The position numbers and the translations under genes are program-made. The notes below the pieces were generated by a model. It had not been told where the DNA came from. It saw nothing but the letters and a program-made list of their open reading frames with translations, and did not search any database. From Octopus sinensis (Eukaryota), in the NCBI RefSeq assembly GCF_006345805.1, contig NC_043008.1:23560001-23624000 (forward strand): DNA of 64,000 bases, given 5' to 3'. Shown piece after piece: positions 1 through 12,344 of this stretch (within the stretch, counting starts at the first letter, position 1; each line of letters opens with the position of its first letter).

Positions 1-301
1 TACTATTTACCGAACCTCAGATTTTTAATATGCTAGACCACTGGTGTTAAATTGATGTTATCAAATTAATATCCGAGTTTTTCACCCTCATTTTAATTTT
101 AATTTTAAATTAATACGTTCTCAAACCGGCAAAAGCTACTGCAGTAAATTATTTTATGCAGTATTATTTCCGGTAATTTAGCGCGCCAAAACGAGGACTT
201 TTGAAAAATAACCACAAGTGTAATAGGTAGAACTACATACATATTCGACCTCGTTCGGATATCTGTGTATTGTTCCGAAAATTATATTTGTATGGACGAT
301 C

Positions 302-365
302 CTGAAGATCTACAGATAAATTGCGTAAGTAAAATTACGTAATTTGTTAATAGTGAAACATTGTT
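302..365 (+). ncRNA. Hammerhead-like motif (type I) with long stem II; stem I not supported
   Basis: CTGAAGA (302-308), ~20-position stem II with U.U base (includes AAATTGCGTAA/TTACGTAATTT), GAAA (355-358), ACA-T-TGT stem III, GUU site; (TA)n begins ~140 nt downstream. Confidence 0.45.
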
Positions 366-524
366 TATGATTAATCTATATTTTTGTTACTTTTCATCTG
401 TCTTGCTCGTTTACGTTTCTGGTGTTTGCTAAATTTTCTAGAGAACAATTTTTAGCGGATCTACTTCTATCTTTAGGGTGTCCACATAGGTAGTAATCTC
501 CCTTATATATATATATATATATAT

Positions 525-1569
525 TGTTATGGGGGTCAATTTGGGAAACAAATGCTATGACCTACTTTGCTCGTTGTAGTCTGAAAGTCTGGAACACAAA
601 GTTATTGTCCTTTGTTCCGTCAGATTCTGGAAGGATTAATGAGTTTTGAGGAGACCTTTGGCCTTGTTCCGGTCAAAGAGAGGTCGAGGAAGCTACCCTA
701 TAAAAGGCAGGAACTGAGTCTGTTGGACAGTCGGCCGGCAGTTCTGGCCAGAGACGGGAGTGATACGGAGGCGGTCAGTTGAGAAAGACAGACAGACAAT
801 CTGAGGGATGACAAGCGAGAGAATGACAGTGAATGTGAAAGAGGAGGACAGGCAGATAAGATTACGGCGAGAGGCAACGACAACGTGGAGAAGGACGTAC
901 ACATAGGATTAAGGATCTAAGAGAGAGGGACTACGGTATGAGGGCACTGGCCATTGTAGTAGCTCGTAACGGTATGTTTATTTATGTTTTGATATGTGTT
1001 AAAGAAGGAAAAAGAATTGTTGAAATGTAAAAGAATTGATGTGTTGAAAAAAGAGAAAGAAGGAAAGAGGAAAAAGAAAGAACTATGTAAAGACATTGTG
1101 AAAAGAGTTGTTGAAAAGAAAGAAGGAGAAAGACTTTAAAGAACTTTGAACTGTATCGTTAATGTAGAACTGATTTGTCTCTGAACTATAATGTGAACGT
1201 TAAAGTGATTTGAACTGTTGTCTCTGAACTGTTATTGTACCTGCATGCTTTGATTTGTTGTTTCTTTGTTTTCTTGCACGTATTTTCTTTGATGTATTTG
1301 ATGTAATAATTGTTATAAACTACTGTTGTTAAATGTAGCCAATTGCCTTCCGCCGTCTCTCTTTGTGTCTCTTCCTGCTGTTGTTTGTTTGTTGTTGTCC
1401 TCTCCGGTCGCCGGTTGCCGAGTTCGCTGCCGCCTTCCCCCACCGAATTCTCTCTCTCTGAGTCTGTAGCGAGTTCACTGTTCGATCGAGCCGGTCGATC
1501 GTCGTCGCTCGACTTGGTAGGGTCCCGGGTTTTCCGAAGAGTTTGGGCGATGGCAGGTGATTTGTAACA
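525..1569. mobile_element. Probable solo LTR inserted in a (TA)n tract
   Basis: Begins TGTTA (525) and ends TAACA (1569); ATAT on both flanks (possible 4-bp TSD); TATAAAA at ~699; no coding capacity. Confidence 0.5.
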
Positions 1570-1651
1570 ATATATATAATAAAAAATGGGACGAGAACGC
1601 AAAACATCAGGGCAGCTGGGTGATACAAAAAGGGACAACAAACCATCCAGA

Positions 1652-1878
1652 TAGACGATACAAAGAAAACAAGGACATGTCATTCGAAGTTTTTTTTCCT
1701 CAGACAGGCACGAGATTATCCTTGCAATTTCGGCTGATTATTCTTACGCTTGTAAACTATCAGCAAAATATGAAGAATCAACATCAAGAATAATCAGCCG
1801 AAATTGCGAGGATAATCTGATGCTTGACTAGGATAGAAAACTTCGAATGACCCGTCCTTGTTTTCTTTGTATCGTCTA
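1652..1878. repeat. Inverted repeat (~94-bp arms) upstream of a Penelope GIY-YIG fragment
   Basis: TAGACGATACAAAGAAAACAAGGAC...ATTATTCTT is reverse-complementary to AAGAATAATC...CTTTGTATCGTCTA; part of the spacer recurs at ~3152-3185. Confidence 0.85.
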
Positions 1879-1879
1879 C

Positions 1880-2230
1880 CTCCATGTTTTATTGGAAAGA
1901 TCTGATTTTACTTGTGCTTCTGAAAACATAATTTATGTCATAAGATTCTCGGGCTGCCACCAAAACTACGTAGGGTCCACGGGATTATCACTCCGACGCA
2001 GATGTACTCTGCATCGACAACAGATTGCATTCCCAGAATACAGAATGATACCCTTTAGTGAGCATATTGAGAAATGCGCAAAGCAACTACTACCACAAGT
2101 TTTAATCTTTCCATTCTATCAATGTGCTATTGGAACACCAACACAAATTAGATTAAACAAGGAAACATTATTCATTGAAAAATATAAGCCTAAACTTAAA
2201 CATCGTAACATTCTTATACAGAGAAACTGA
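1880..2230 (+). pseudogene. Penelope-like element GIY-YIG endonuclease fragment
   Basis: FTCASENIIYVI..GCHQNYVGSTG..LRRRCTLHRQQI...RLNKETLFIEKYKPKL in ORF 1847-2230. Confidence 0.8.
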
Positions 2231-2563
2231 TCTCATTAAAAAAGGGGAAAGGAAATATAAAGCGATTATCTCCCTTATACCGGAAGAAATCCCTTATTAC
2301 CCCCCCTGCCCGGAACTCTTCTTTGCACTTCATAACGAAGACATGAAACGATGTAGGTAAAGACATTTGAAAAATTTGAAAAGTTTACACGAAACCAGTT
2401 ATTTCTCCAAAAACTATGTTACTATATACAAAATTTTATAACATTTTTCTAACATAACGACTTAAATATATTCTTTAACTTTATAAAACAAGCCTTCTGC
2501 AGTTTTTTCACTCTTCTATTTTTTATACATCCAACCACGTGCTTTCACACACCAACTTTCTCA

Positions 2564-2566
<3 letters not shown>

Positions 2567-2629
<63 letters not shown>

Positions 2630-2779
2630 TACGTACATACATACATTCATACATACATAGTTAATATATAACTTGACCCACATCTCTTTCTCATAAGGAT
2701 AAATATAAATATCCTAGATTCTTTTTTTTCTCAAGTTCATTGTAAATTGTGTTTATACTTCCTGCACTGAAGAGTACAT

Positions 2780-2846
<67 letters not shown>

Positions 2847-2857
2847 TATATATACAT

Positions 2858-2922
<65 letters not shown>

Positions 2923-2925
2923 CAT
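2567..2925. repeat. (TA)n/(CATA)n microsatellite cluster
   Basis: Direct reading; source of spurious YIYI ORFs. Confidence 0.95.
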
Positions 2926-3280
2926 AATTATCTAATTAATTTAATCTAATGCAATTCAATGATGAATTTGCATGCATGATTTTTATATCTCTGTACGAGA
3001 CGATCGTCTACATGAATTTGAATTATGTTATACATTTTAACAAATTGTCTTCTCCATTTTAGACTAAATTGAGAAGTTTTATGGGATTTCTTTCTACAAA
3101 TTCACCACATATCGTATACAAGTATTATTTTCATATTCGGAAATTTACGCCTGTAAACTACCAGCAAAATATGAAGAATCAACATTAGAAATCTCTATTG
3201 GAAACCTCCAAATTAAAGGATGAATCTACATTTAACCTTTTCCTACCTATGTTACATTTATACATACATACATACATACA

Positions 3281-6200
3281 TGATAGCTGCCCCCTCGTTA
3301 TCGAGTATGGCCATTGCACAAAGGTTAACTGTTATTGGTGCTGTAATCGAAAGTGACTTTTTAGCCCAGCTAAAGATCTACAATGTCTTGTACAGAATTG
3401 GCAACTAAAAACTTTACCGGTAATAGCCGGCTGTAGTTGCAACTGGGCTTCATGTACCTTTGCATGTCGTTTAAGTCCTCCTGCCGAATTACACTCTCTT
3501 CCACATTCCCGACAGGTATAATTAGTATGGTCTGTTACACCACCACCAGTGGCCAGGTTGTCACTTATCTGTCTCGCTTTACGACTACGAAGATGACTCT
3601 TGAGTCCAGCTTTAGTGAGGCAGGATCTTGCACAGACACTGCATGTCAGCATCATAGGAAGATCCTTCGCATCTGGAAGTGTAACAGCGATGCCCTTCTT
3701 GACATCCCTCCTTACTTTCTCATGTGCAACTCAAGATTTCTCAAAAGTAGCTGTCCCCTCGTGCACAATCCTTCTCCACCTACTACGATCAATAGCTATG
3801 TCTTCCCATGTGTCAGGAGAGATGCAAGTATCTCTTAAGGAAGCCTTCAGCAAGTCCTTATACCTCATTTTTGGTTTATGTGGAGGTCGTTCTCCTTTAG
3901 CTAACTCTCCATGAAAGAGTTGTTTTGGCATCCTTGAATCCGTTATCCTGACCATCTGACCACTCCATCTGAGATCACAAGAGCTTCTATACTTTCACAC
4001 CGAGAGCCTTCCAATATTTCAAGATCACTGATGCGGTCCTTCCACTTAATGCCATAGATCCGTCTGAGACACATCTGATGGAAACGTTCCAGTTGTTTAA
4101 GGTGGTATCGATATGTGGCCCACGTCTCGCAGGCATAGAGAAGGGAAAGGAGCACACATGCCTTGTACACCTTTATCTTTGTCTTTCTGCATATGTCTCG
4201 CCGACTCCAGAGGCGCTTTTCTAGCCTTCCGAAAGCAACACTTGCTTTCCTAATTCTATATGGAATTTCATCATCAACATTGCCATATCTATTAATAGTG
4301 CTTCCCAGGTAGACAAACTGATCCACTACATCAAGTCGTTTACCATTCACATAGATATTTGGTACACTATACTGCTTACCAGGGGCAGGTTGATGCATGA
4401 CAACAGTTTTCTTGAGATTGACTGTCAATCCTAAGGCAGTGCAAGCATCAGAGAATGCATTCAAAATGTGTTGCATATCAATCTGTGTTGCGCTACTAGC
4501 TCACAATCATCTGCATACAAAAGGTCTCTTATGATAGAGGTAAATACCTTTGTTTTTGCAGCAAAGCGCCTGATATTAAATATGCTGCCAGAGGTTCGAT
4601 AATGGATGTAAACACCGTATCTGCAGTTTCTGAATACAATACAGAACACCATCGCGAAATATATGGCAAATAGGGTCGGTGCCAGAATATCCCCCTGTTT
4701 CACTCCATTTTGTATTGAAATGGGCTCCGACATTTTCCCTCTAACATTCACCCTATCATTCATGTCTTCATGAAACGACTTAACCAAAGCCAGGAACTTT
4801 TCACAACACCCAAGTTTCTGGAGGACTTTCCGCAATGCTTTTCTATTGGCGGTATCAAAGGCGTTTGTTAGATCGACAAAAACCTGATACAAATCCAGAC
4901 CCTGTTCAACACACTTCTCCTGAAGCTGTCTAGCTGAAAAGATGATATCAGCAGTGCCACGTCCAACACGAAAGCCAGATTGACTTTCTGGAAGAACACA
5001 ATCTGCAACGTATTTCAGCAGACGATCCAGAAGTACCCTGCATAAAACCTTTCCTACGACAGACAGCAATGATACTCCCCTATAATTACCACAATCATTC
5101 CTGTTGCCCTTTCCCTTATACAAGACCACCATTACTGCATCTCTCCAGTCCTCAGGTACAGATTCACTAGTCCATATCTTACCAAACAAAGAGTGAAGTT
5201 TCTGCACAAGTTTCCCACCACCATGCTGTAACAACTCCGCATGTATACCATCCATACCCGGAGACTTCCCATTATTCAACCTTGAGACAGCCATTGCAAC
5301 TTCTTTCAACTTTGGTGGTTCTGCGAGTGCAATCCAGGCAATCCAGGGATAATATTGAGAACATCCTCACTAACTACAGACTGCTGATTCAGAAGTTCTT
5401 CAAAGTGTTCTTGCCACCTTCGCAGAATTCCTTGTGAATCACGAAGTTCTTTACCATCCCTGCTTCGAAGTGGTGTCATCAGGGAAGACGTCAGTCCATA
5501 AACTTCTCACAAGAGGCCATACAACAGCTTTTTGTTGTTGGAATCTGATGCCGTCTGTATCGCTCTAGCCATATTACCCCACCACGTATTCCTCATCTGA
5601 GAGAACCTTTGCCTCACACGTGATTTTACGTCCTTGAGTTCCCTATGCAACACTTCCCTTTCCTGTGGCTTTGCTGACAAATATCGTGACAAAGTATGTC
5701 TCTTATCAGCTATTAAATCATCTATATGTTCATCATTTTCTTTGAACTAATCTTGATGCTTTCTTTGTATCAATCCCAGAACTTTCTTGCCTACGTCATA
5801 AACTGATTTTTTAAAGTTCGGCCAGTCCTCCTCAATATCTGTAGCATTCATTTCCTCTCGTATAGTTCTCTTCACACTATTACACCTAAGACGATCAACA
5901 TTCAGTCTTTTAGGCAGGGTGATCCCTGCAGCTCGGAAATTATGTTTTGTGACTAATTTCACATTTGCATGTACTAGGCGGTGGTCAGTCCAACACTCAG
6001 CTCCACGAAGAACACGAACACACTGCACATCCTCTCTGTCACGCACCCTAACAAGGAGGTAATCCAGAATATGCCATTCTTTAGATGCAGGGTGCATCCA
6101 TGTAGTCTTAAACTTATTCTTTTGTTGAAACACACAGACGCAGCTCCTCACACATCTGCAGCAAAAGCATGCCATTACTATTACACTTCCCAACCCCATG

Positions 6201-7454
6201 CTTTTCAATTACATGTGTTAAAATCCCTACCCACTCTAGCATTAAAGTCACCCAGTACAATGACTTTGTCTGCTCGAGGGATATTTCTTATAATGCCCTT
6301 CAAAGCATGGTAGAAAGAAAGTTTTTCGTCATCAGTATAACACATAGTTGGAACATACACACTCATCAAGGTCACATAATTTCCTTTAACCAAAGGAATT
6401 CTCTTGGACATAAGACGCTCGTTAATTCCGACTGGGAATTCTTCCAACTTGTCCACAAGAGTAGTCAACAGCAAATGCCACTCCAGCTTCTCCTCAACTC
6501 TTCATTCCTCCCTTTCCAAAAGAATGTATATTTTCCACAAGATTCTGTAAGATGACCATCTCCTGGTAATCCCATCTCAGATAAAGCAACGATGTCAAGA
6601 TCATAGCGTTGAAGCTCCTTCGCAACAAGCGCAGTCCTTCTTTCATGACATTCAGAGGACTTGCGGTCAAGCAGTGTCCGTACATTCCAACAGCCAATAT
6701 TCAATATTTTCTTTGGTTTATCACAGTAGCATGATGACGGCCGGGTTCAGACTGTGATGCTCTGGGGCTCCTGCCGGGCCAGACTCTTTCAACTGATGTG
6801 GTTCCAGAGTCCTTATTACCATTTATTTTTATACTGTTTTGGTACATCATTGATGTTTTGCTTTTTAAGGCTACAGCCAGCCATTCAGTTGAGACTCACA
6901 GCGCCATCAACAATCATGAATTAGTTAATCAATTTAATCAATCAATCAATCAATGTTGTTATTGTGCAATGCCTGTACAAGAAGTGTATTTTTTAAAGTG
7001 AGGAAAGGATGTGCACTGAGTCAATCCCACTCACTAAGCAACAGCAGCCATAATCCGAAATGAAGACCAAGTCAACATCATCGGTAACCACTGAGCTGAA
7101 GGTTTTATGTCGGAGTTATCCCAGTTACCTTAGTTACCTTCTCCTAGAAGGATGCCCTAACAAAGGCTAGGAGTCCTTCACTTCCAAAGGTTTAACCGCG
7201 CGATCAGGTATTCAGTCCGATTATTCCTATGTCCCCGCGCATGATACATCCTTAAGACATTTATTGGATGGCCGTTGACTCTCAAGAGTTCCTGCGCCCT
7301 TTGACGGGTTTTGTTTTCATCCCGCAGGGTGTCCAATAAAAACCCACCTCACCAAGCAAGCTTGGTGGGATTGCCGGTTTAGTCGCCGACAATCCGACCA
7401 TGCAACAAGTTGTACTGGGTTACATGTTACCAGTAGCACTCGAAAAAGACCTGG
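3281..7454 (-). mobile_element. Near full-length RTE-clade LINE (APE endonuclease + RT), frameshifted
   Basis: NIGCWNVRTLLD, VLGDFNARVG, WTDHRLV (APE); YRGVSLLS, PESQSGFR, VKQGDILAPTLF, LLYADD, FVYLGS (RT); VRWSG..RM..R.PKQLF.GEL; 5' UTR to ~7454; (CATA)n at both ends. Confidence 0.9.
3332..3655 (-). pseudogene. Three C2H2 zinc-finger motifs at the RTE C-terminus
   Basis: CSVCARSCLTKAGLKSHLRS; CRECGRECNSAGGLKRHAKVH; CQFCTRHCRSLAGLKSHFRLQH. Confidence 0.75.
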
Positions 7455-7472
7455 CATACATACATACATACA

Positions 7473-7506
<34 letters not shown>

Positions 7507-7516
7507 CATACATATA

Positions 7517-7569
<53 letters not shown>

Positions 7570-7570
7570 G

Positions 7571-7663
<93 letters not shown>

Positions 7664-7688
7664 ATATATATATATTATATATATATAT

Positions 7689-7752
<64 letters not shown>
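7455..7752. repeat. Compound microsatellite (CATA)n-(TCTA)n-(TA)n-(CA)n
   Basis: Direct reading. Confidence 0.95.
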
Positions 7753-7753
<1 letters not shown>

Positions 7754-7905
7754 CTTTATTTTAAGCAGCAGAAAATTCAACAAAATCTGTTACTCTGAGT
7801 TTCTCGTTGCCGTTCATCAGACAGTTTTTAAAAACTGTCTGATGAACGGCAACGAGAAACTCAGAGTAACAGATTTTGTTGAATTTTCTGCTGCTTAAAA
7901 TAAAG
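7754..7905. repeat. Perfect 152-bp palindrome (76-bp arms, no spacer)
   Basis: Symmetry axis between 7829 and 7830 (GACAGTTTTT|AAAAACTGTC), exact out to CTTTATTTT/AAAATAAAG. Confidence 0.95.
7835..7872 (+). ncRNA. Minimal type I hammerhead ribozyme (mirror copy at 7787-7824, minus)
   Basis: CTGT-CTGATGA-ACG GCAA CGA-GAAA-CTC A GAG-TA-ACAG: stem I CTGT/ACAG, canonical core, palindromic stem III, GUA site. Confidence 0.8.
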
Positions 7906-7974
7906 CATATTACTCTACCACTGGTATTTGAGTACTCTTTTTTCCACCTTGTTTCACATTTATGTGTTTACTCC

Positions 7975-8018
<44 letters not shown>

Positions 8019-8071
8019 ATACCAACCGGTGTTGGTAACCTTTTCAAGGACTTGTTAAAAGGTCTTAAAAC

Positions 8072-8350
8072 ATGAATAGTGTTAAACACTTTCGTCTATT
8101 TGTCGGCAATTTGTCTTGGACTGTGGGCAAACAGCAACTGAAAGACTACTTCTCCAAGTTTGGTGGCGTTCGCAATAGTAATCTGATGTTCAATCGAAGA
8201 ACTGATATGAGCCGTGTATTTGGTTTTGAAAGATAGTTATAATGCTGCCATCTCCCAGGATCTCATTCCTTGGACAACACCAACTTAATTGTGGCCAGTG
8301 AAACTTCACGGCGACTTAGGCTTCAGGACATAGAGTCAGAAACAGACTAA
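8072..8350 (+). pseudogene. SLIRP: Processed pseudogene of a small single-RRM protein, SLIRP-like
   Basis: MNSVKHFRLFVGNLSWTVGKQQLKDYFSKFGGVRNSNLMFNRRTDMSRVFGF, then after frameshifts DSYNAAISQD.HSLDNTNLIVASE...ETD*; intronless; missed by the ORF track. Confidence 0.6.
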
Positions 8351-9226
8351 AACTCATATATATGTATATATATATATCTTAAACCCTACAGTTTAAACAT
8401 TTTGTCAGAAAGAGAGAGTAATTTATAAGTGGTGAAAAGTCAAATGGCGTGTGTCGTGGTTAGAAGACAAATGTGAAAAATATGAACTGAATATTCCTAT
8501 AATTTCACAATACGCTAATAATATACTTCACAAATGCAAGTTGCTTTTTACTATATTAATACAATCCCAATTACTTGACTCCTTGAATTCTAGTGATAAA
8601 ATTTACGATTAACAACCAGACCCACGTGCTGAGATGGCTGTAATTCATGGGGAAATTTCTTACACAAGACTTTACGATGGATTATAAATTGGTCATTATT
8701 TGTTGAATGCTATAAATGTCTTGTAGGCTACCATAGCGGACAGGTCAGTTTTAGCTTCACTACTATTATAATGTAAATCTTTTTGAACTTATAATATTCT
8801 GTACGTGTATACTGAACGTTTTTAATAATTCCTTCTGGAAATTATCTTGAGAATGTATAATATATTTGTTGTAATCTTTTGTGCCCATTATTTCAATGAG
8901 CTTGTTAAACTTTTTTATATTCTCAACATGCTCTTGTCACCAAAGAATGTATATTTATATGGATTGTAGTACTCTGTGTCAACCAATATTCTGTGCATGT
9001 TTGAATATACAGATACAATACCAATACCAATATCAATTCCTTCTGGAAACTATCTTAAGCATGTCCTTGAGAACGATTATTTATGTAGAAATCTTTTGTG
9101 CCCAATATTTTAAGGAACTTGTTGAACTTTTTTATGTCCTTAACATCTCCCTGTTATCAAAGACTGTATATATGTAATGTAGCAATTTGTAACAACCAAT
9201 AATTACCGCAACCAAACTTCTACATG

Positions 9227-9270
9227 TTATTTTGACAATCTTTTTCCAAAGAGTGAAACCGGTAAAGTAA
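9227..9270 (+). ncRNA. Hammerhead motif, U3-A8 core variant
   Basis: TTATT-TTGACAA-TCTTTT TCCA AAGAGT-GAAA-CCGG-TA-AA(G)TAA; palindromic ACCGGT stem III; (TA)n ~47 nt downstream. Confidence 0.6.
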
Positions 9271-9308
9271 ATAAACATATTTTAAATTGCATTTTCAAAC
9301 CTTCTTTC

Positions 9309-9361
<53 letters not shown>

Positions 9362-9411
9362 CATTCACACACACACATATATGCACATATATTTACATAT
9401 ATATATATTTA

Positions 9412-9810
9412 CGAGGTGGTATCAAGAAATGTTCCCCGACTAACTCTGTAGTGCGGCAACAGATGACAGCATACGGTTGTGCGTGACAGCTAGCATGCAA
9501 TAGTATGCAACAGGAACAAAGAGCCAATATAAAATATTACGTTAAACTTGGCAAGTTTGCTACACAGACATTGACCATACTTACGGCGACAAGGCAATGG
9601 GTCATACGTAATGTACGGGCGCTTCAAAAGCGGAAGAAGGTCTCTGGAAGACGATGAGCGATATGGAAGACCTGCCATAAGCTCACCCTCGGAAATGTAG
9701 AGAAAATTTATCAGCTTGTGCATGAGCATCGTTGGAGGCATCTGAAGTAGGTTGTTCGGTGAAAACGATCAGATCTGTGGAGTGTGAACAATTGGATTTT
9801 TCACGACGAC
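9412..9810 (+). mobile_element. Mariner 5' fragment (TIR + N-terminal HTH region)
   Basis: TA-CGAGGTGGTATCAAG start; EQRANIKYYVKLGK...RFKSGRRSLEDDERYGRP. Confidence 0.75.
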
Positions 9811-10288
9811 ATGCATGCATGTATATATGTATGTATGTATGCATATTTTTGCTAGGTTTCCGTTCATATTTATTACACACAGAATTCTCCCTCCGATAAA
9901 CAATAAAGAATATTCTTTAAACAATCTTTTTTAATTCGATATCTTTAAATAAATAGAAGAGTTATTATATATATAAATAATGTATCATTTATATTTTTTA
10001 CACGTTTTATTGTAGTTTCTAGATTAAGTAAAACATAAATAAATTATTGGAATGTCAATTGCATCTCATAATTTATTTGTATATATATATATATATATAA
10101 ATATATATATACAACTGGATTCTTCACGACGACAGGCATGCATGCATGTATGTATGTATGCATGCATGCATGTATGTATGTATGCATGCATGCATGTATG
10201 TATGTATGCATGCATGCATGTATGTATGTATGCATGCATGCATGTATGTATATATGTATGTATGTATACATGCATGCATGTATGTAAG

Positions 10289-10395
<107 letters not shown>

Positions 10396-10714
10396 ATGAA
10401 GGTGATAAATTGACTATTAATATAATTAACATCAAGTTAAATACAAGTAGCCTAGCATATAGAAAAATCTGAAAATTCAGAAAAATTGTATTACATGCGT
10501 ATAATAAGTGATGACCAGTAAGTGGACATCCAATATGCTAGAAGAAGATCACCTACGATCTAACCACAAAGAAAGACAGATGAAAATATACAAAATAAAG
10601 AATTAATCGTAGACAAAGTAACAGTCATGTTACAGTGTGTTTCTTAAATAACTTACCTTCCACGCTGCAATTGTTTTCTCAGATCAGGTCACTTGCTATG
10701 CAATTACATCTCCG

Positions 10715-10769
<55 letters not shown>

Positions 10770-11141
10770 TATTATATATTTGTATAAATTAGCTTTCCAA
10801 ATAATAACAACAATATTAGTATTAGAAATACTAATATTGTTATTATTGTTCAGAGAATGGTTAGTGTTAATAATATTAATGTTATTATTTTCATTAAGTG
10901 AATTTGTATTTAACAACTTATTACTATGCAAAGAGATGATTTGTGAATGATTTTGTTGTTTGAAAATCCTATTCTAATTCGGTGTCTTGAATTTTGGGGA
11001 AACTTCTTATCTATTTATCTATAGCTTCACAAAACTGGTAAGGGAGTTTGGAATTGATCTGCTTACCATATGGAACTATCAACTAAACAGTTTTACTAGG
11101 ACATACCTTGTTATTAAGGTTAATTATCTTTAAAGGTCCCA

Positions 11142-12344
11142 CGAGGGGCGTTCAATAAGTAATGCTCCTGACCCACTTGCAGTTGTTTGATCTAGCTGAA
11201 ATTTTGCATGTGTACTTATTTATACCTCTATAGATTAAGTGGCGAATTACAGCTCTGTGGTTTCTGATTTACAGGTGTTTGAACTGAGTCAAGTGTGAAA
11301 TGGAGCCTGTTGAGTGTCGAGCAGTGATCTGGTTTTTGTATTTGAAAGGACGCACACCACGGGAGACTTTTGATGAAATGAAAGTAACTTATGGTGATGA
11401 TGCCCCATCATATGACCTTGTAAAACGCTGGCATTGTGAATTCAAACATAGTCGTAACTCTGTGGAAACAGCTCCCAGATCTGGTCCCACCCTTCTGCCG
11501 TTGATGAGACGTCTGTCCGTCAAGTTGAGGCTGCCATTTTGGAAGGTCAACGCATAACTATTCGCCAAATAGCCCATAAGGTCAAGATTAGTACCGGGTC
11601 TGTGGAAACTATCATTCATGACCATTTGCATATGCAAAAGGTGTCTGCCAGATGGATTTCCAGGTTGCTCACACCTTTCCAGAAGCAAGAACGCGTCGAG
11701 TGCTCGAGGATGAATTTGGAGATGTGCCAAGAAGATGAGTCAAAATTTTTCAAAAGACTGATTACACAGGATGAAACCTGGGTCCATCACGATGATCCAG
11801 AGACCAAAGCCCAGTCAATGCAGTGGAAGCACCGTGACTCACCCCCTCCAAAGAAGGGGTAGTGATGACAGATTTCCTGGCAAAGGGTACCACAATTACA
11901 GGAGCCTATTATGCTTCACTTTTGAGGAAATTAAGAGAAGCTATCAAAATCAAGAGGCGGGGCAAGATCAGCAAAGGCATCCTCCTCCTGCAGGACAACG
12001 CTCCGGTCCACAACTCGCGTGTCGCCAGATCAGAAGCACAGGCGTGCAGCTATGAACTCCTCCCCTTGCACCCTCTGATTTTCACCTCTTCCCAGCCATG
12101 AAGTTGATTTTGAAAGGAAAGCGTTTCCCAGATGATGCAGCCTTGATTTCTGAAGTCACGTCGTGGCTGGAGGACCAAGCTGGGGTCTTCTACAAAAACG
12201 GTCTCCAGAGCTGTATCAAACGATGGGAGAAATGCATAACTCTGGGTAGTTTCTATGTAGGAAAAGACTAATAACTGTGCCAAGTGTCGTTGCTCTACTG
12301 CTATGGGAAGTGGGTCAGGGGCATTACTTATTGAACGCCCCTCG
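11142..12344 (+). mobile_element. Mariner element with both TIRs, D,D34D transposase pseudogene
   Basis: TIR CGAGGGGCGTTCAATAAGTAATGC / GCATTACTTATTGAACGCCCCTCG-TA; MEPVECRAVI, TQDETWVHH, LLQDNAPVH, APSDFHLFP; frameshifts and small deletions. Confidence 0.95.

Noticed and set aside
2325-2362. HHR-like text ACGAAGA-CAT-GAAAC-GAT-GTA just after the GIY-YIG fragment
   Set aside because: Expected position, but the core is mutated, stem II is missing and stem I does not pair; it would need an assumed deletion.
2960-3015. ATGATGA...GAGA-CGATCG-TC palindrome
   Set aside because: Two core changes and no stem I.
7340-7454. Hairpins at the RTE 5' end as a possible HDV-like ribozyme
   Set aside because: P4-like hairpins are present, but I could not assign P1, P2, P3 or the catalytic C junction.
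10630-10700. Minus-strand AG|GTAAGT donor, and a GAAAC-ACACT-GTA motif
   Set aside because: The putative 39-nt exon has stops in all three frames; the HHR core and stem I are unconvincing.
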